A DNA stretch of 64,000 nt from positions 11,883-75,882 of the IMG/VR virus record IMGVR_UViG_3300035670_000141, one strand, 5' to 3'. This DNA is from a virus. Positions 29,196-40,448 of this stretch are shown piece by piece. Below the pieces are notes generated by a model. The model ran no database searches, had not been told where the DNA came from, and saw only the letters and a list, made by a program, of their open reading frames with translations. Each line of letters opens with the position of its first letter. Position 1 is the stretch's first letter. Made by a program: the position numbers and the translations under genes.

Positions 29196-29328
29196 GGTTG
29201 GCGAGTGGGTTGTGGGGCATCTCTGCCCTTGTGACCACATCCTACAACCTAATCAGCCACCCGCAAGCCTGTCGTAACAATTTGAAACAATTCATTTTGT
29301 ATCATCAAAACTATTCACCTTAATATAA

Positions 29329-29400
29329 AGCCAACTATCGGAATTGAACCGATGTCCTGCGCGTTACAAAGGCGCTGCTCTACCGCTGAGCTAAGTTGGC
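29329..29400 (-). tRNA. tRNA-Thr(TGT)
   Basis: GCCAACTTAGCTCAGCGGTAGAGCAGCGCCTTTGTAACGCGCAGGACATCGGTTCAATTCCGATAGTTGGCT cloverleaf. Confidence 0.9.
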
Positions 29401-29402
29401 GA

Positions 29403-29512
29403 AGCTACGGGCGGACTACAACCCGTAGCACCTTGGCCTTCGATACCCGACACTGGCCACCCAACGAAACCAGTGTGGACGCCCCCCTTACGGATGATGG
29501 GCCGACCAAGGG
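29403..29512 (-). ncRNA. Unassigned structured RNA (three-way junction plus hairpin) 5' of tRNA-Thr
   Basis: Stems CCTTGGTC/GGCCAAGG, GCCC/GGGC with CC-GTAA-GG, ACACTGG/CCAGTGT, GCTACGGG/CCCGTAGC. Confidence 0.5.
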
Positions 29513-29525
29513 TTAAATTGTATCA

Positions 29526-29810
29526 TCAACTGTGACGCTTATTTTCGTATGCATGATATTCCCAAGATTGAACATACGCTTTAACATTTTCTAATAACCG
29601 AAACGCTTCTGCTCGCTCAGCTTTGGCGCGTTCCCATGCTTCAGGGTCCTGCGGATAAAAATCACGTTGATTACAAGTTGCTTTAACCAACTCATCAATT
29701 GTAGTATTTAGTTTTTCTCTTACTGCACTATATTCGCGCTGTAAAGTTTCTGCGCCTGTTCCATTTAAGTGAATCGTGGGCAGGATTGGTTTTGTGATGT
29801 CGATGTCCAT
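29526..29810 (-). CDS. Conserved phage hypothetical protein
   Basis: PTIHLNGTGAETL...NQRDFYPQ. Confidence 0.65.
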   Translation of the reverse strand: MDIDITKPILPTIHLNGTGAETLQREYSAVREKLNTTIDELVKATCNQRDFYPQDPEAWERAKAERAEAFRLLENVKAYVQSWEYHAYENKRHS

Positions 29811-30142
29811 TGAAAAATGATGAGGAATGATGATATTGCCGGGATTACTCCCGGCTAATGATTAGCGGCGACGATTAAAACCACTCGCTAAATTCTGCCT
29901 TGGCATCGGCCATGCCAGCATCAACTGTATCGGCCAATTGGCGCATCTCAGTCGCCAGCGCCAGGCCGCGTTCAATTGATGCGTTGTAGGCCGACATTGC
30001 GGCGTCGATTTCCGCCAACAGAGCAGCGGTTTCGGTATCGGTGGTGCGTGCCATGTGATGGGTGGGGGTGGTGGGCGTCTCCGCCCTTGCGCCATCATCC
30101 TAGCGTGTGATGTCGCGATCAGAGATGGTCGGCGAAAATGCT

Positions 30143-30415
30143 TCACACTTTGTTGTAAAGCGGTGTCTCACCATGAGATGGCGCTAGGCGCAGCTTAATA
30201 AAATCAAAAAGACCTTGTTCTCCCTGCAGGTCTGAAGTTCCCGGCAGGATTCGGCTACCGGAAGACCCTAGCCCATAGCTCAGGAAGCCTCCGGACGGCG
30301 TCCTGCATGAGCCGACGTTGTTGCGGAACAAACGAACCGGGCCCCGGTTCAGGGCATCGTGAATTTCCGCCTGTACCAGGTTCTCCCTGCTGGGCTGGCG
30401 AGGCTGGCGGGGCAT
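30143..30415 (-). pseudogene. Truncated VRR-NUC-like nuclease
   Basis: ENLVQAEI...RLFRNNVG...GTSDL is present, but the expected ExK motif is replaced by unrelated sequence. Confidence 0.5.
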
Positions 30416-30888
30416 CGTGAGGCGGCGTCTTGGGAGATGCTACAGCCATCCGGCGGAGGAGTTCGCTGCGACAGTTTTCGAGTTCGGCATTATTATTGGG
30501 AAAACCTAACATTATGTTGTGTTGTTTTATTTTTACCCGCAGCTCAAAAAGCTCTAGCAACTGTTCATTAGACCAGTCTTTGTAGTAAGAATTAGGTTCA
30601 GTGCTTGACATGGGATTTAATGCGTGGTGAAGCGCGCGAGTGGATGTGGAATGGTTGCCGGGGTTGCCCCCGGCGGGGGTGTTGGTTAAGGCTTGCTCCA
30701 AACTCTCAAGGCCATCAAGACCGAGAGGAAAAACCTTGCTAGCCAGGCTAGAGCAATCAGTCCAACCCCAGCAAGGCCGTAAAGAATAACGTTTGCCAGG
30801 GTTGCTGGCAACCCTATCAGTGATAGAAAAGCTGCAACGGTTGATGCGAATCCTATCAGTGCAAGGGGTAGAATGATAATTCTCATGG

Positions 30889-31224
30889 TTAAGACTCAGT
30901 GTTGTAGTGTTTTTCCATGGCGAGCATTTGCCCGCCTTTTTTGCGCCACCAAGGAAAATCTGGTGGGGTTGTGCAAACATACTCCGGAAAAACCGGATTT
31001 TCTCTACAGTAGCCGCAGTTATGTGGCGGCCACACTGCTGGCCTAGGATCCGGTCCCAATATCCTCTGATGGTGATTATCCCATATACCTGGGGTCGCCC
31101 CAATTTGATATGTAATATATGCCCAGTATTCTCCTGCCACGCGAGCGTCGATGAATTTTTCGCGGGCAAACGTAACCCAACCTTCAGGCGCAAGGTACTG
31201 AAAAAGGTACTGAAATTCGTACAT
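30889..31224 (-). CDS. Hypothetical protein
   Basis: 111-aa ORF in the small-gene cluster. Confidence 0.5.
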   Translation of the reverse strand: MYEFQYLFQYLAPEGWVTFAREKFIDARVAGEYWAYITYQIGATPGIWDNHHQRILGPDPRPAVWPPHNCGYCRENPVFPEYVCTTPPDFPWWRKKGGQMLAMEKHYNTES

Positions 31225-31234
31225 TTTTCTAAAA

Positions 31235-31630
31235 TTAGCGGGAATAACGTGAATAGTGTTGAATCATATTCCTTTGGGCTTGAAAAGCATTATCTAGTGC
31301 TCGTCCCAAAGTGCCATGATAAACCATCAAACTCCAAGAGAATCCCATCTCCTTAAGCTGAGCTTCACTCAGAATCACACCTTCTGGAGCGCGGCCATTA
31401 AGCTTAAAACATAGCAAACGATCTCCGGGTTCTGGCTTGACTTCAATGCGGTTAACTGGAATATCAACCGCCAAGGCTTGTGAAATAACCGCTGCTGAAG
31501 ACTTGTGACCTACTGCCGATTTCCATTCGGCCAATAGATTGATTTTTGCTGATTCGTTAGGAATAGTGATTGTTTCCCATATTCCGTCGGACCCTGCCGG
31601 AATGACGGCAGCATTCATGATGTAAAGCAT
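31235..31630 (-). CDS. Hypothetical protein, possibly DUF1874/STIV orfB116-like
   Basis: LYIMNAAVIP...SAVGH...IPVNRI...L.FKLNGRAPEGVILS. Confidence 0.55.
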   Translation of the reverse strand: MLYIMNAAVIPAGSDGIWETITIPNESAKINLLAEWKSAVGHKSSAAVISQALAVDIPVNRIEVKPEPGDRLLCFKLNGRAPEGVILSEAQLKEMGFSWSLMVYHGTLGRALDNAFQAQRNMIQHYSRYSR

Positions 31631-32453
31631 AATGAGCGAAGGGGTGAGTTGTGGAATGGTTGCCGGGGTTGCCCCCGGCGGATGGGGTCAGTCTTCGGCG
31701 ATCTCAACCAAGCTGGGCCAGGCTGGCATCGTCGGGTCGTAGGCCGCCTTCAGTGCTGGCCTGAGCTGTTCAGTTGAGACGCGGATCACGCCGCCCTCTG
31801 TGGGCCAGTCGTGCCAGCCGCAGCCGACTGAGGTTTGATGAAGGATTCTGTCAACGGTGGGGACGATCTCTTTCATTGTTGGCAATGCAAAGGGGGAGGA
31901 AAAGCACATGAGTTGTTGCCGGGGTTGCCCCCCGGCGGCTTTAGCGGGCGATCAATCCAGATGGATAAAGCAGTCGTGGCCGTTGCTGTTGGCGCAAGTT
32001 GCGTATTCTAACGCCTTATCAAAAGTGCTATAGCTAATGCCTTGATGGCTGTCATCTACGCAAGTTACTTGCACCCGAAACCGATTAGGTTTTTCGTTGA
32101 TCACATCTACGGAAGGAAAAAAGCAGAGAGCAGTAAAGGCCATAAGATTAAAGTGTGGGGAGGATGTGGCGAGGCATCTCTGCCTCGTGCACTCACCATA
32201 GGTCATGGCTTCAGTTGTTGTTTGCGCTCGTAACAATCTGTAATATGTTCATGGTGTTACATAAAGCAAAGGTTCGTATTGGTCAGATTTTTCTAATTTT
32301 GTAGTCAAGTGCGTCCCATCACAATATGGGCACCGATAAACACCATATCTCTTGTTATGTTTTGCCGCTAACTTATCAGCAGCTTTTTCATATTTCCTGC
32401 CTAAATTAGTCTTGCCATCACAACCACGTTCTTTCGATGGTTGGCGTAATGTT

Positions 32454-33053
32454 TCATTCATAAGCACAGCCTTTAGTTAGCACCCGCCAAACTTTACGCC
32501 ATAATGGTAAGCACATAAATTGTTGCTTTTCTGCAAGATTTGCAGCTAATAACTCTTCAGCTTTTTTGCGAGTCGTCTCCTCAAGTCTTAATTTATGGTC
32601 AAGGCTCTTGTTTTGCTTTTCAAGGCTCTTGTTTTGCTTTTCAAGCTTTTTGGTCTGCTCTAAAAATTCTTCTTTAACAATCACGTAAAGAATATCCCTT
32701 ATTTCTGGATCGATTGATACTGCAACCTGATAACAAGATTGACCGCGAATAGCAAAACGACTGTAGCTAGCGCTATCTAACAACAACCTACCAAATTTAC
32801 TGCTGTCAGAAACACTACTCAGCAATTCTTTTGGAATTGCTAGCATGTGAATTTTAGACGTAATTTTTCTAATTTCAAGTGGTTCAAATTGGCGTTGCAT
32901 TATACTATCTCGCTCGATAGCATCCATCACACACCTTTCATCAATAGATTCAGATGTAGGCCTAAGAAAATAAAGCTCATCACAAGATGAGCTATGGATA
33001 GGTACAATTTTTCCGTCCAAATGAAGCAGTAAAACGTCAACAGGTTGGGACAT
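32454..33053 (-). CDS. Hypothetical coiled-coil protein
   Basis: 199 aa; 21-bp tandem repeat (LEKQNKS)x2. Confidence 0.55.
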   Translation of the reverse strand: MSQPVDVLLLHLDGKIVPIHSSSCDELYFLRPTSESIDERCVMDAIERDSIMQRQFEPLEIRKITSKIHMLAIPKELLSSVSDSSKFGRLLLDSASYSRFAIRGQSCYQVAVSIDPEIRDILYVIVKEEFLEQTKKLEKQNKSLEKQNKSLDHKLRLEETTRKKAEELLAANLAEKQQFMCLPLWRKVWRVLTKGCAYE

Positions 33054-33763
33054 TTTAGATTGTTGTATGTAATGGTTAAAAAAGTGTTTTGGTGTTAAGA
33101 TTGATTGTCGTCAAATGTTCTCATGATTGTGATTAAACCATTTTCGTGATGTCAAGAAAATGGTCGGAAAAGACCTTTTTGCTAAGGTCGGCAAAATGGT
33201 CTAACGTGCATCATTGATCACCTAAAGACTGACCGCCAAATCGCTCTATCACAGCCTTGAGCCCGCGCAAGATTACCTCATCAGCACTGCCGCCTTCGGA
33301 TAGCTCAGCGCTATAATAACATTCAAGAATTTCACGATCCTTTCCCTTCATGCCCGGATCAATGTAATCATCAGGAAGTTTAGTCATTTGCTTGTCAGTT
33401 AAGTTTACCACCAATTAACCTATGGCGCTTTGTTTTGTTGCATTGCCTTTTAGCACGCACAACATATAGCGTTACTCTTGGATCAACAAATGATGAGGGA
33501 GAATTGTGCTCAACTTCAAGTCGTCTTTCGACTGTCTTTCCAGTGATTTTAATTGTTTCTGGAAGCCACATCAGAACCATCATTCAAAGGTGCCATATCA
33601 TCATAGATGATCCTGCCAGCAAAGCGGGCAATTTCTCTTAAATCAACCCAAAAAGGCGCTTCGTGATCTTCAGGCAAAATACAAGCTTCGGTGCGGCCAT
33701 TTGGCGCTTGGCGCGTTTCAATAATCATTGCTTTTGCAAGCCCCCATCCGGGGATTTTTTGCG

Positions 33764-34039
33764 TTACCACTTTACCTTGTCTGCCCAGTAGGCGGCACTC
33801 ATTTTACCTTTCTTTATATTAGCCGCATGACGTGCCTTGAAGCTTGCACGGCGCTCTTTATCTGATTTGCTTTCTCCCTTTTGTTTTGGCGAGCCACTTA
33901 CGCCTTGCTGACCAAAACGTATCAGCTTAATTTGATCACCTTTCTTTGCAAGTACAGCATGGCTTTTTGTTGGATGGTTAGGTGTTTTCTTTGGTTTGTT
34001 ATATCCCTGGAAAGTTTCACGCCCTCTTTTAATTGCCAT
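33764..34039 (-). CDS. Conserved small basic phage protein
   Basis: KLIRFGQQG...RRASFKARH...SAAYWADKVKW. Confidence 0.75.
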   Translation of the reverse strand: MAIKRGRETFQGYNKPKKTPNHPTKSHAVLAKKGDQIKLIRFGQQGVSGSPKQKGESKSDKERRASFKARHAANIKKGKMSAAYWADKVKW

Positions 34040-34246
34040 GATGCAGCCCATAAATGCACTCTAATATAATACACTATTCATGCACACCGTACTCACAAAA
34101 AAATGCAATAATCACTGGTGGTTCAATTGGTGGTAGGTCGTTTTGTATTTTCCTTCTCAAGCAACCTTCGCATTCTTCGTACATACTATACTCATCGGGA
34201 AACAACATGCCTGGGCATGGATTAAGTTTGCTTAATTCAATCATAA

Positions 34247-34329
34247 TAGGGACAAAGGGACTTGAACCCTTATAGCATAATGCCGACAGATTTTAAGTCT
34301 GTTGTGTCTACCGATTCCACCATGCCCCC
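34247..34329 (-). tRNA. tRNA-Leu(TAA)
   Basis: GGGGGCATGGTGGAATCGGTAGACACAACAGACTTAAAATCTGTCG...GGTTCAAGTCCC; long variable arm. Confidence 0.9.
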
Positions 34330-34552
34330 AGAAAAGGATTAGCACCTAAAGCGCTTAATACTGCGTGATAAGACATGAGATCGTCTTCTTAGTTCATTCA
34401 TGCTCCACAATAAATCCTCCCGCAATTCAGGCGTTAATTTATCAAATGATTTTGATTTTAGGATAGCTTGCAATTTTTGTATCTGAAGGTCAAAATCATT
34501 TTTTTGATGTCTTAATGCAGCTTGTTGTTGTAGTGACTGGTAGGGCAATGGT

Positions 34553-36865
34553 TTACTTTTTAACTTGTGGCAGCAAACACTTATCTGAGTCGCATCCTGC
34601 AGGGCCAGCCTCCACTAAACTCCCGCTATCATAGACCTGAAGCAGCGCAAAAAAGTCATCCTCCTTGCGACGTTGCAATACTTCGCAATGAAGTTGATCA
34701 TACGTTGCCTTGTTGATAGGTTCAAACGGCAGCCGAGGGAATGTTTCATTTGCATCAAAACGTGCCAATAATGCCGCAGAAATATATCCTTTATGATTCA
34801 CGATTGCATCATGAATTTTATCTGCCAAGGGATCAATTTCATGCTCTCTAAATTCAATCGTAGCAGATGTATTATGCCTAGTATAATGTGCCTGCACTTG
34901 CATATAAAAATCAAATTGCGCTAGTGCTGAAAAATGATCAATCCTAATCCTATCTGCGCCAGGCAAATTAGCCCATTTCACTTCGGTAGGAATTTCTACC
35001 AGCCATTCCGTACAACGATGATCGAAGGGATCATCTAGCAAGCGGCCATTCTCATCCTTATCACCCTGTCCAGGAACAATCGTGTAGCCATAATTCATGC
35101 ACGCCAGGGCGACAGGATCGTCCCTGCGGAAGGTGATGCGACGGATAAAACGCTGCGCTTTCGGAGGATGCCAACCGGGAGAAGCGCCGGTGAGCAAACT
35201 TTTGGTACCCGCAGGTTGACATGTTGTCATTCTATTGGGACACTTCAGGCTATGTTGATCACAATACTTTTCAATAGTTTCTTCTACGATTTTACGCCAA
35301 TAATTTAGATATGAAGCCTCAGCTTCTTTGAATGCAATTCCTACATCTGTACTTGGCCTTCCAGCTTCCCACCATTGCAGCCATGCAATACCAAATGCTT
35401 CTACAAAAAAATCAAACAATCCAGTGAAGCTTACACCAACAATTGGGTCAAGCTCTCTGCTGTATTGATAGCGTGATTCTTGAAACTTATGATGCAACAA
35501 TGCAGCAACAGATAATCCAGCAGCAGTAAATGCTTCCTCTTGTCCTAATCTATCTGATGGTGATATTTGATTAAGGTGTACTTCTGCTAGATTACAGTGG
35601 AAGTTTTTGCCTTGAATCTCGCCGCATGGATTAATACCATATCTCCCCATTCTATGCTCTAATTTTTTATCGTCTTTCACACAATCTGGATCTAACTTCT
35701 TAATCATTTCAGCGCCACTTTGCTTGTCATTGCAATAGGTAGACATAAAATCATTTTGCATTTGTCGATCAGTTAAAATATCGCAATTCGAGCGTGCAAT
35801 TGCTTCAGGAGCAAACATAATTGCACCTTCGCCTGACAAGAATTGCCTGCGGACAGAATCTACAATTTCTTCTTTTGTTGGATAGTTATGATAAACTAAA
35901 GTATGATTTGCCATGCGTAAGGCATCGCGCTCTGGATCAATGCGCCAGTTGCCATCTTCATCTTGCTGCCATAGGTTGTCTTTTGCTATACCTGCTTCAA
36001 TATCATTTGCGCTGAATTGACGTATTCCAGCTGAGCGACGTACGTTGCCGGCAACTACGACCAATGCCGCTTCATCTATAAGCAAACAGCACTCAACCGA
36101 TGTAAGTTTTCTACCTTGAGCCTTATTAAAGATTCTGGCCATTTTAACAAACAAATCCTTTAGCTTCACTGGATTTGCTGTGCCGCCAAACCCTTTTAGT
36201 GGCTTGCCAGATGGGCGAACCATTGAAACATCAACTGTTACAACAATCTCGATATTTTCCCCATATAAAGCCGGTATGGAAGCGTCACTGGCAAGTTGAA
36301 ACATTGTATAATAAGCATCAACCCATCCCTTACGGCTGTCGCCAACTTCAATTAGCACAATAGGACTTGGCGTGTAATCCTTGTCAAGATACTCAGTCCG
36401 ATAATCAACACTAGTTACCGGATCTGAATCTGCTTGGCCAAATATACCTGTAACGACTACATTCAACCTATTCTTAATCACTGGCAACATATCAACCATG
36501 CAAGGTTCAATGATAGCGCCAGTTCCACTGCCCATCATTGCTAGATCCATCATTAGCGCAAAAGCACGCCAGTCTACTAGGTCTGTTGATGTGCAATTGT
36601 AAGCACCGCTTACATTTTCTGGCTTTTCAAGCCATTTTGTTCCACCAACCCATAACCATCGGCCAGACGGCAAAGCTTTTTGTTCTAATTGCATCCTGCG
36701 CAATAGATCAGCCTGGTCGTCGGTCAGCTTACCTAATGCTACCAAACCAGCTAGATTGCGTTCTACAACTTGCTGCCAACTTTCGCGACCATTTATATCT
36801 TTGCGGCTATATGTGCGGTAGAAGACTGGATTAGCAGCAGGGGCAGAGGCTGGAAAATCAGACAC
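34553..36865 (-). CDS. nrdJ: Class II (B12-dependent) ribonucleoside-triphosphate reductase
   Basis: ANPVFYRTYSR, GAYNCTS, NPCGEI, QPAGTKSLL, C-terminal CDSDKC. Confidence 0.95.
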   Translation of the reverse strand: MSDFPASAPAANPVFYRTYSRKDINGRESWQQVVERNLAGLVALGKLTDDQADLLRRMQLEQKALPSGRWLWVGGTKWLEKPENVSGAYNCTSTDLVDWRAFALMMDLAMMGSGTGAIIEPCMVDMLPVIKNRLNVVVTGIFGQADSDPVTSVDYRTEYLDKDYTPSPIVLIEVGDSRKGWVDAYYTMFQLASDASIPALYGENIEIVVTVDVSMVRPSGKPLKGFGGTANPVKLKDLFVKMARIFNKAQGRKLTSVECCLLIDEAALVVVAGNVRRSAGIRQFSANDIEAGIAKDNLWQQDEDGNWRIDPERDALRMANHTLVYHNYPTKEEIVDSVRRQFLSGEGAIMFAPEAIARSNCDILTDRQMQNDFMSTYCNDKQSGAEMIKKLDPDCVKDDKKLEHRMGRYGINPCGEIQGKNFHCNLAEVHLNQISPSDRLGQEEAFTAAGLSVAALLHHKFQESRYQYSRELDPIVGVSFTGLFDFFVEAFGIAWLQWWEAGRPSTDVGIAFKEAEASYLNYWRKIVEETIEKYCDQHSLKCPNRMTTCQPAGTKSLLTGASPGWHPPKAQRFIRRITFRRDDPVALACMNYGYTIVPGQGDKDENGRLLDDPFDHRCTEWLVEIPTEVKWANLPGADRIRIDHFSALAQFDFYMQVQAHYTRHNTSATIEFREHEIDPLADKIHDAIVNHKGYISAALLARFDANETFPRLPFEPINKATYDQLHCEVLQRRKEDDFFALLQVYDSGSLVEAGPAGCDSDKCLLPQVKK

Positions 36866-37252
36866 GGATTCTAAGGTGGTTTGGTGTATTTTAGCATGTC
36901 ACAATAGCACTTGATGTACTATTATGGCCTGTATGGACAGCGGTTGTTAATGAACTCTTTTATGCTTGGGTAGTGATAGCTATTTAGTGAATTGTTATCG
37001 CTTAATTTTAGTCTAATTGGGCAATACAAACAATCACGATGAAAAGTGTTTTGTGTTAACTCAATGCCAGCACATAATGCTTGATTATTGAGCAACTTTC
37101 TTGGAGAGGATGACATTAACGGCAATCAAAACAGGAACTAATGTAAGGTGAAGGCAAACAATGAAAGAAAAATCAGCGGTGGTCACATAAGAGAAGCAAA
37201 GCTCGCATATCTTAGCAGATAACCGAGCTTTGCGCGAGGATTGTTACAAATG

Positions 37253-37597
37253 TTAAGAAAGGATCCGATCTCTCAGATCTTTGAGATCTAAATAAAGTTT
37301 CTGTAGTTCAGAATCAATGGATCCAATACGCTGATTATTGCAAGTCATAAGCACAGCACTTCCAATTCTATTTACTCTATCCATCATAGTTTCAATAAGT
37401 TGAATTTCGTCAAATTGCTTAGATCTTGCTTGGCGTTCTGATGGCGATGGCTCTATTTGTAGCCACTCAACTTGATTTTTAAGATCTAACAATGCCTTGA
37501 CGATTGGGTCGCTTGAAACTATTTGTGAACGATGGCGCAATGCTTCCCAATGTGATGATTCTGAATGAATTGGTGTAGATCTGAGATTGTCAGTCAT
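37253..37597 (-). CDS. Hypothetical protein
   Basis: 114-aa ORF coupled to tmk. Confidence 0.5.
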   Translation of the reverse strand: MTDNLRSTPIHSESSHWEALRHRSQIVSSDPIVKALLDLKNQVEWLQIEPSPSERQARSKQFDEIQLIETMMDRVNRIGSAVLMTCNNQRIGSIDSELQKLYLDLKDLRDRILS

Positions 37598-38238
37598 AAT
37601 GTTTGTGATTTTGTTCCTATAATATAAGTGCTAATTGCATATTTGCATGCTTGTGTTACTGATTCTATATCTTTTAGCCCATTGATTGCTATAGTTCTGG
37701 GATCTAATGATTTTGCAGCACAGTAGCCACTATGAACTTTCTGGAAAAACTCTATGTCTTCCAATTCAATTCGATCAAGTTGTTTATTTTTTGTCCGCTT
37801 CATGGCTTCAGCTATTGAAATATCAATCCAAAGTGTTAAGTTAGGCTCAATTTTTGCACTTGCAAAATTTTGCAAGTCATCAATCATCCTTAAACTATGC
37901 CCACGACCATAACCCTGATAAGCAATTGTTGACATATTAAAGCGGTCGCACAATACCCAATCACCAGCTTCTAAAGCTGGTTTAATCACGCTTTCAACGT
38001 GTTGCGCACGATCCGCCAAGTATAGCAATAGCTCAGCATTACGGCATGGAGCTTGACCCTTAGAATTGAGCAGAAGTGATCTCAACTCAGTGCCCAACGA
38101 AGTACCTCCAGGCTCTCTGGTGACCACTAGCCTAGCGCTATCGGGCATGATGGTTGGCAACCAATCAGCTATCGCTTTGAGTTGCGTAGTTTTTCCGCAG
38201 CCGTCGATGCCTTCTATGACAATGAAAAGTGGTTTCAT
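37594..38238 (-). CDS. tmk: Thymidylate kinase
   Basis: EGIDGCGKTTQ, TREPGGT, ADRAQH, CDRF..ST.AYQGYGRG. Confidence 0.97.
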   Translation of the reverse strand: MKPLFIVIEGIDGCGKTTQLKAIADWLPTIMPDSARLVVTREPGGTSLGTELRSLLLNSKGQAPCRNAELLLYLADRAQHVESVIKPALEAGDWVLCDRFNMSTIAYQGYGRGHSLRMIDDLQNFASAKIEPNLTLWIDISIAEAMKRTKNKQLDRIELEDIEFFQKVHSGYCAAKSLDPRTIAINGLKDIESVTQACKYAISTYIIGTKSQTL

Positions 38239-39588
38239 TGTATTTTATTCAAATTTCGGAATCTTTCCAAGAATTTACTAACAAGCTTAACATTGCGCGC
38301 GCTAAGAACGCCTGATTCTTTTAGAAATGAATTATCTTGAAAACAAAAAGAAAATAAGTCATCAAGTGTAATGTTTTCAGAAATGCTCATTAGAATCTTT
38401 CTCCATTAAAATAACACTCAACAAGATCAAATGATGTACTGTGTTTGCCTGTCATAATGTCAAGTGCAATATCTTCGCGGAGGTATCTACCGACCAATTC
38501 TGTGCGTTTAGAGTATTCTTCGGGTGTAATTGTTTCTGAGCTGTATGGCTTAAGCCTTTTGATTTCATCTTCTAGTAGCTTGATGCGTTGCCTTATGCAA
38601 TCAGATGTGTCAATTTTCATATCACTTGCGATCTAATTGCATTGCAATTTGCTGCATTTGTTTTCTAATGCGTTGATTAGCTCTCCACTGGCCATAAGCA
38701 AGATCCTGAAGATTATTTCGCATTCCAGATGGTAGCCCATCACCCATGTTAGGTTCAGGAGCATCAGGAGCAACACTATCAGCAATTAGCATGATTTTTG
38801 CTGATAGGCTAAGGTCATCAGCCATCAGCAATTCCATGAGTTGCGGATCATATTCTTCGTGGTAAACATTGCGCAAAAATTTAGCTGCATTTCCGAATCC
38901 TTCAGATTCAAGAAATTTTACTATTCGTGATAATGTCATTTTATTTTACCTAAAATGTTGTGTTTAGCTTTGATTAGGCTGTCATTGTAGACTTTTGGGA
39001 AGGTTGTCTGATGCTGCCTTCCAGTGCGCCCATCAATGGCGCAACCGTGATTGAACCGAGCGAAACTGCAATCAGCACTGCGATCAGCATGAGTACACGA
39101 TGCGGAGAATCTGCAGAAAATGAAGGTCTTTCCATGGGACGTGCTGGATTCGTGGGGCGAGGTCTGATGTAGATCGGGCGCGGCTTGAGAGCGGGTGGTT
39201 GAAATTCCATTGTTTTATGTGAGTGAACTTGCCTAGCTTAATCTTAGCAAAAGTAAGATGGTCGTGGTTGTAACAACTTGAAACATTTCATGAGTCAATA
39301 TCCCAACATGAAGCGAATACAGCAATGATAAGAAATGCTAGTAAGATGGTAAAGAAGAGATTCATTTTAGTTTTTTGCTATTGGCAAGGTTGGTCAATTC
39401 TTGAGCCAATTGAATCAGCTCTTCTTTTGTTAATGTTTCAACTGCAGGAAGATTGCCATAGTGCTCAGCCTGCACTGAAAATGTGCCTGTTGTGTTTGGC
39501 CAAAAAGAAACAATGTCTTCAATTTGTTTCATCATAGAGAATGATCTTGTCATTTAGCACAGTAAAAACAACAACTAGACTTTAACCA

Positions 39589-40284
39589 CTACCTTCTCCC
39601 CCTAGGTTCAACCTTAACATTTTGTTGCAAAGCATAAAAACTTTGAAGGACTGCATTGATACCAATTGCATCACCCCATAACGCACGGCTACTGTTGCCA
39701 TAACTGACAGCAAGATTACCAAGCATTGTATATTGCTTGATCTTTTCTGAAATGCGCTTTGCGATAGATAATGCTTTATCATGTTGACCGGCTTCAATTG
39801 CTTTTCTATAACGATCTGCATCTTCTTTAATTACATCACGACATTTTCTTGCTAGGTCCATGGTTTCCAGTGCTTCATCAGCCAGATTTTTGCCAAGTTC
39901 CCTGAATTGCCCTTGATATAGTTTAACTTCTCTTTGATGCCTATCAATTTGAGGAGTGATCTTTCCATTATCAATAATATCAGGTTCAATTATCATCTCT
40001 TCTGATGTGATTGGATCTATATCTGGTGGTGGCGGAAGATTTTCTACCTTTTCGGTAAGTTCTCCTAAATACTTGTCATAAGCTTCAGCACGTGTTTTCC
40101 AATTATATGTTTTTGCTTGGCTGTATAACATTTGCCGAGGTATTTTAACTACTGCTGATAGTCTATTTATATTGCGCAATGGACCCATTTCAATATAAAT
40201 TCTAAAGCGTCTATAGGCTTCATTGTTTTCTTTTTTCCCTGAAGAATGACCTTGATCTTGATCCCAATCGCGTAATTTTGACAT
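39589..40284 (-). CDS. Putative terminase small subunit
   Basis: EAYRRFRIYIEMGPLRN...WKTRAEAYD HTH-like N-terminus plus helical C-terminus, as in several TerS families. Confidence 0.5.
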   Translation of the reverse strand: MSKLRDWDQDQGHSSGKKENNEAYRRFRIYIEMGPLRNINRLSAVVKIPRQMLYSQAKTYNWKTRAEAYDKYLGELTEKVENLPPPPDIDPITSEEMIIEPDIIDNGKITPQIDRHQREVKLYQGQFRELGKNLADEALETMDLARKCRDVIKEDADRYRKAIEAGQHDKALSIAKRISEKIKQYTMLGNLAVSYGNSSRALWGDAIGINAVLQSFYALQQNVKVEPRGRR

Positions 40285-40448
40285 GTCTTGTCATACTAAT
40301 GACATAATTTTGACACAAAAGATGACACTTCGCAAGGAAAAACGCAAAAATTGCTTTGTGTGGTGTCATAAGATGACATACCATTTGGCGGCCTAATTGC
40401 TGAAATCTATTCCAGCGCAAGGCTTTTGGTCATGTAATGATTTTGTCA

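Noticed and set aside
29403-29512. Hammerhead or theta (HDV-like) ribozyme
   Set aside because: No CUGANGA/GAAA core in the right geometry, and the element lies 5' rather than 3' of the tRNA
30255-31193. 312-aa minus-strand ORF
   Set aside because: Overlaps several better-supported small genes and a junction hairpin; only its MSSTEPNSY part is likely real
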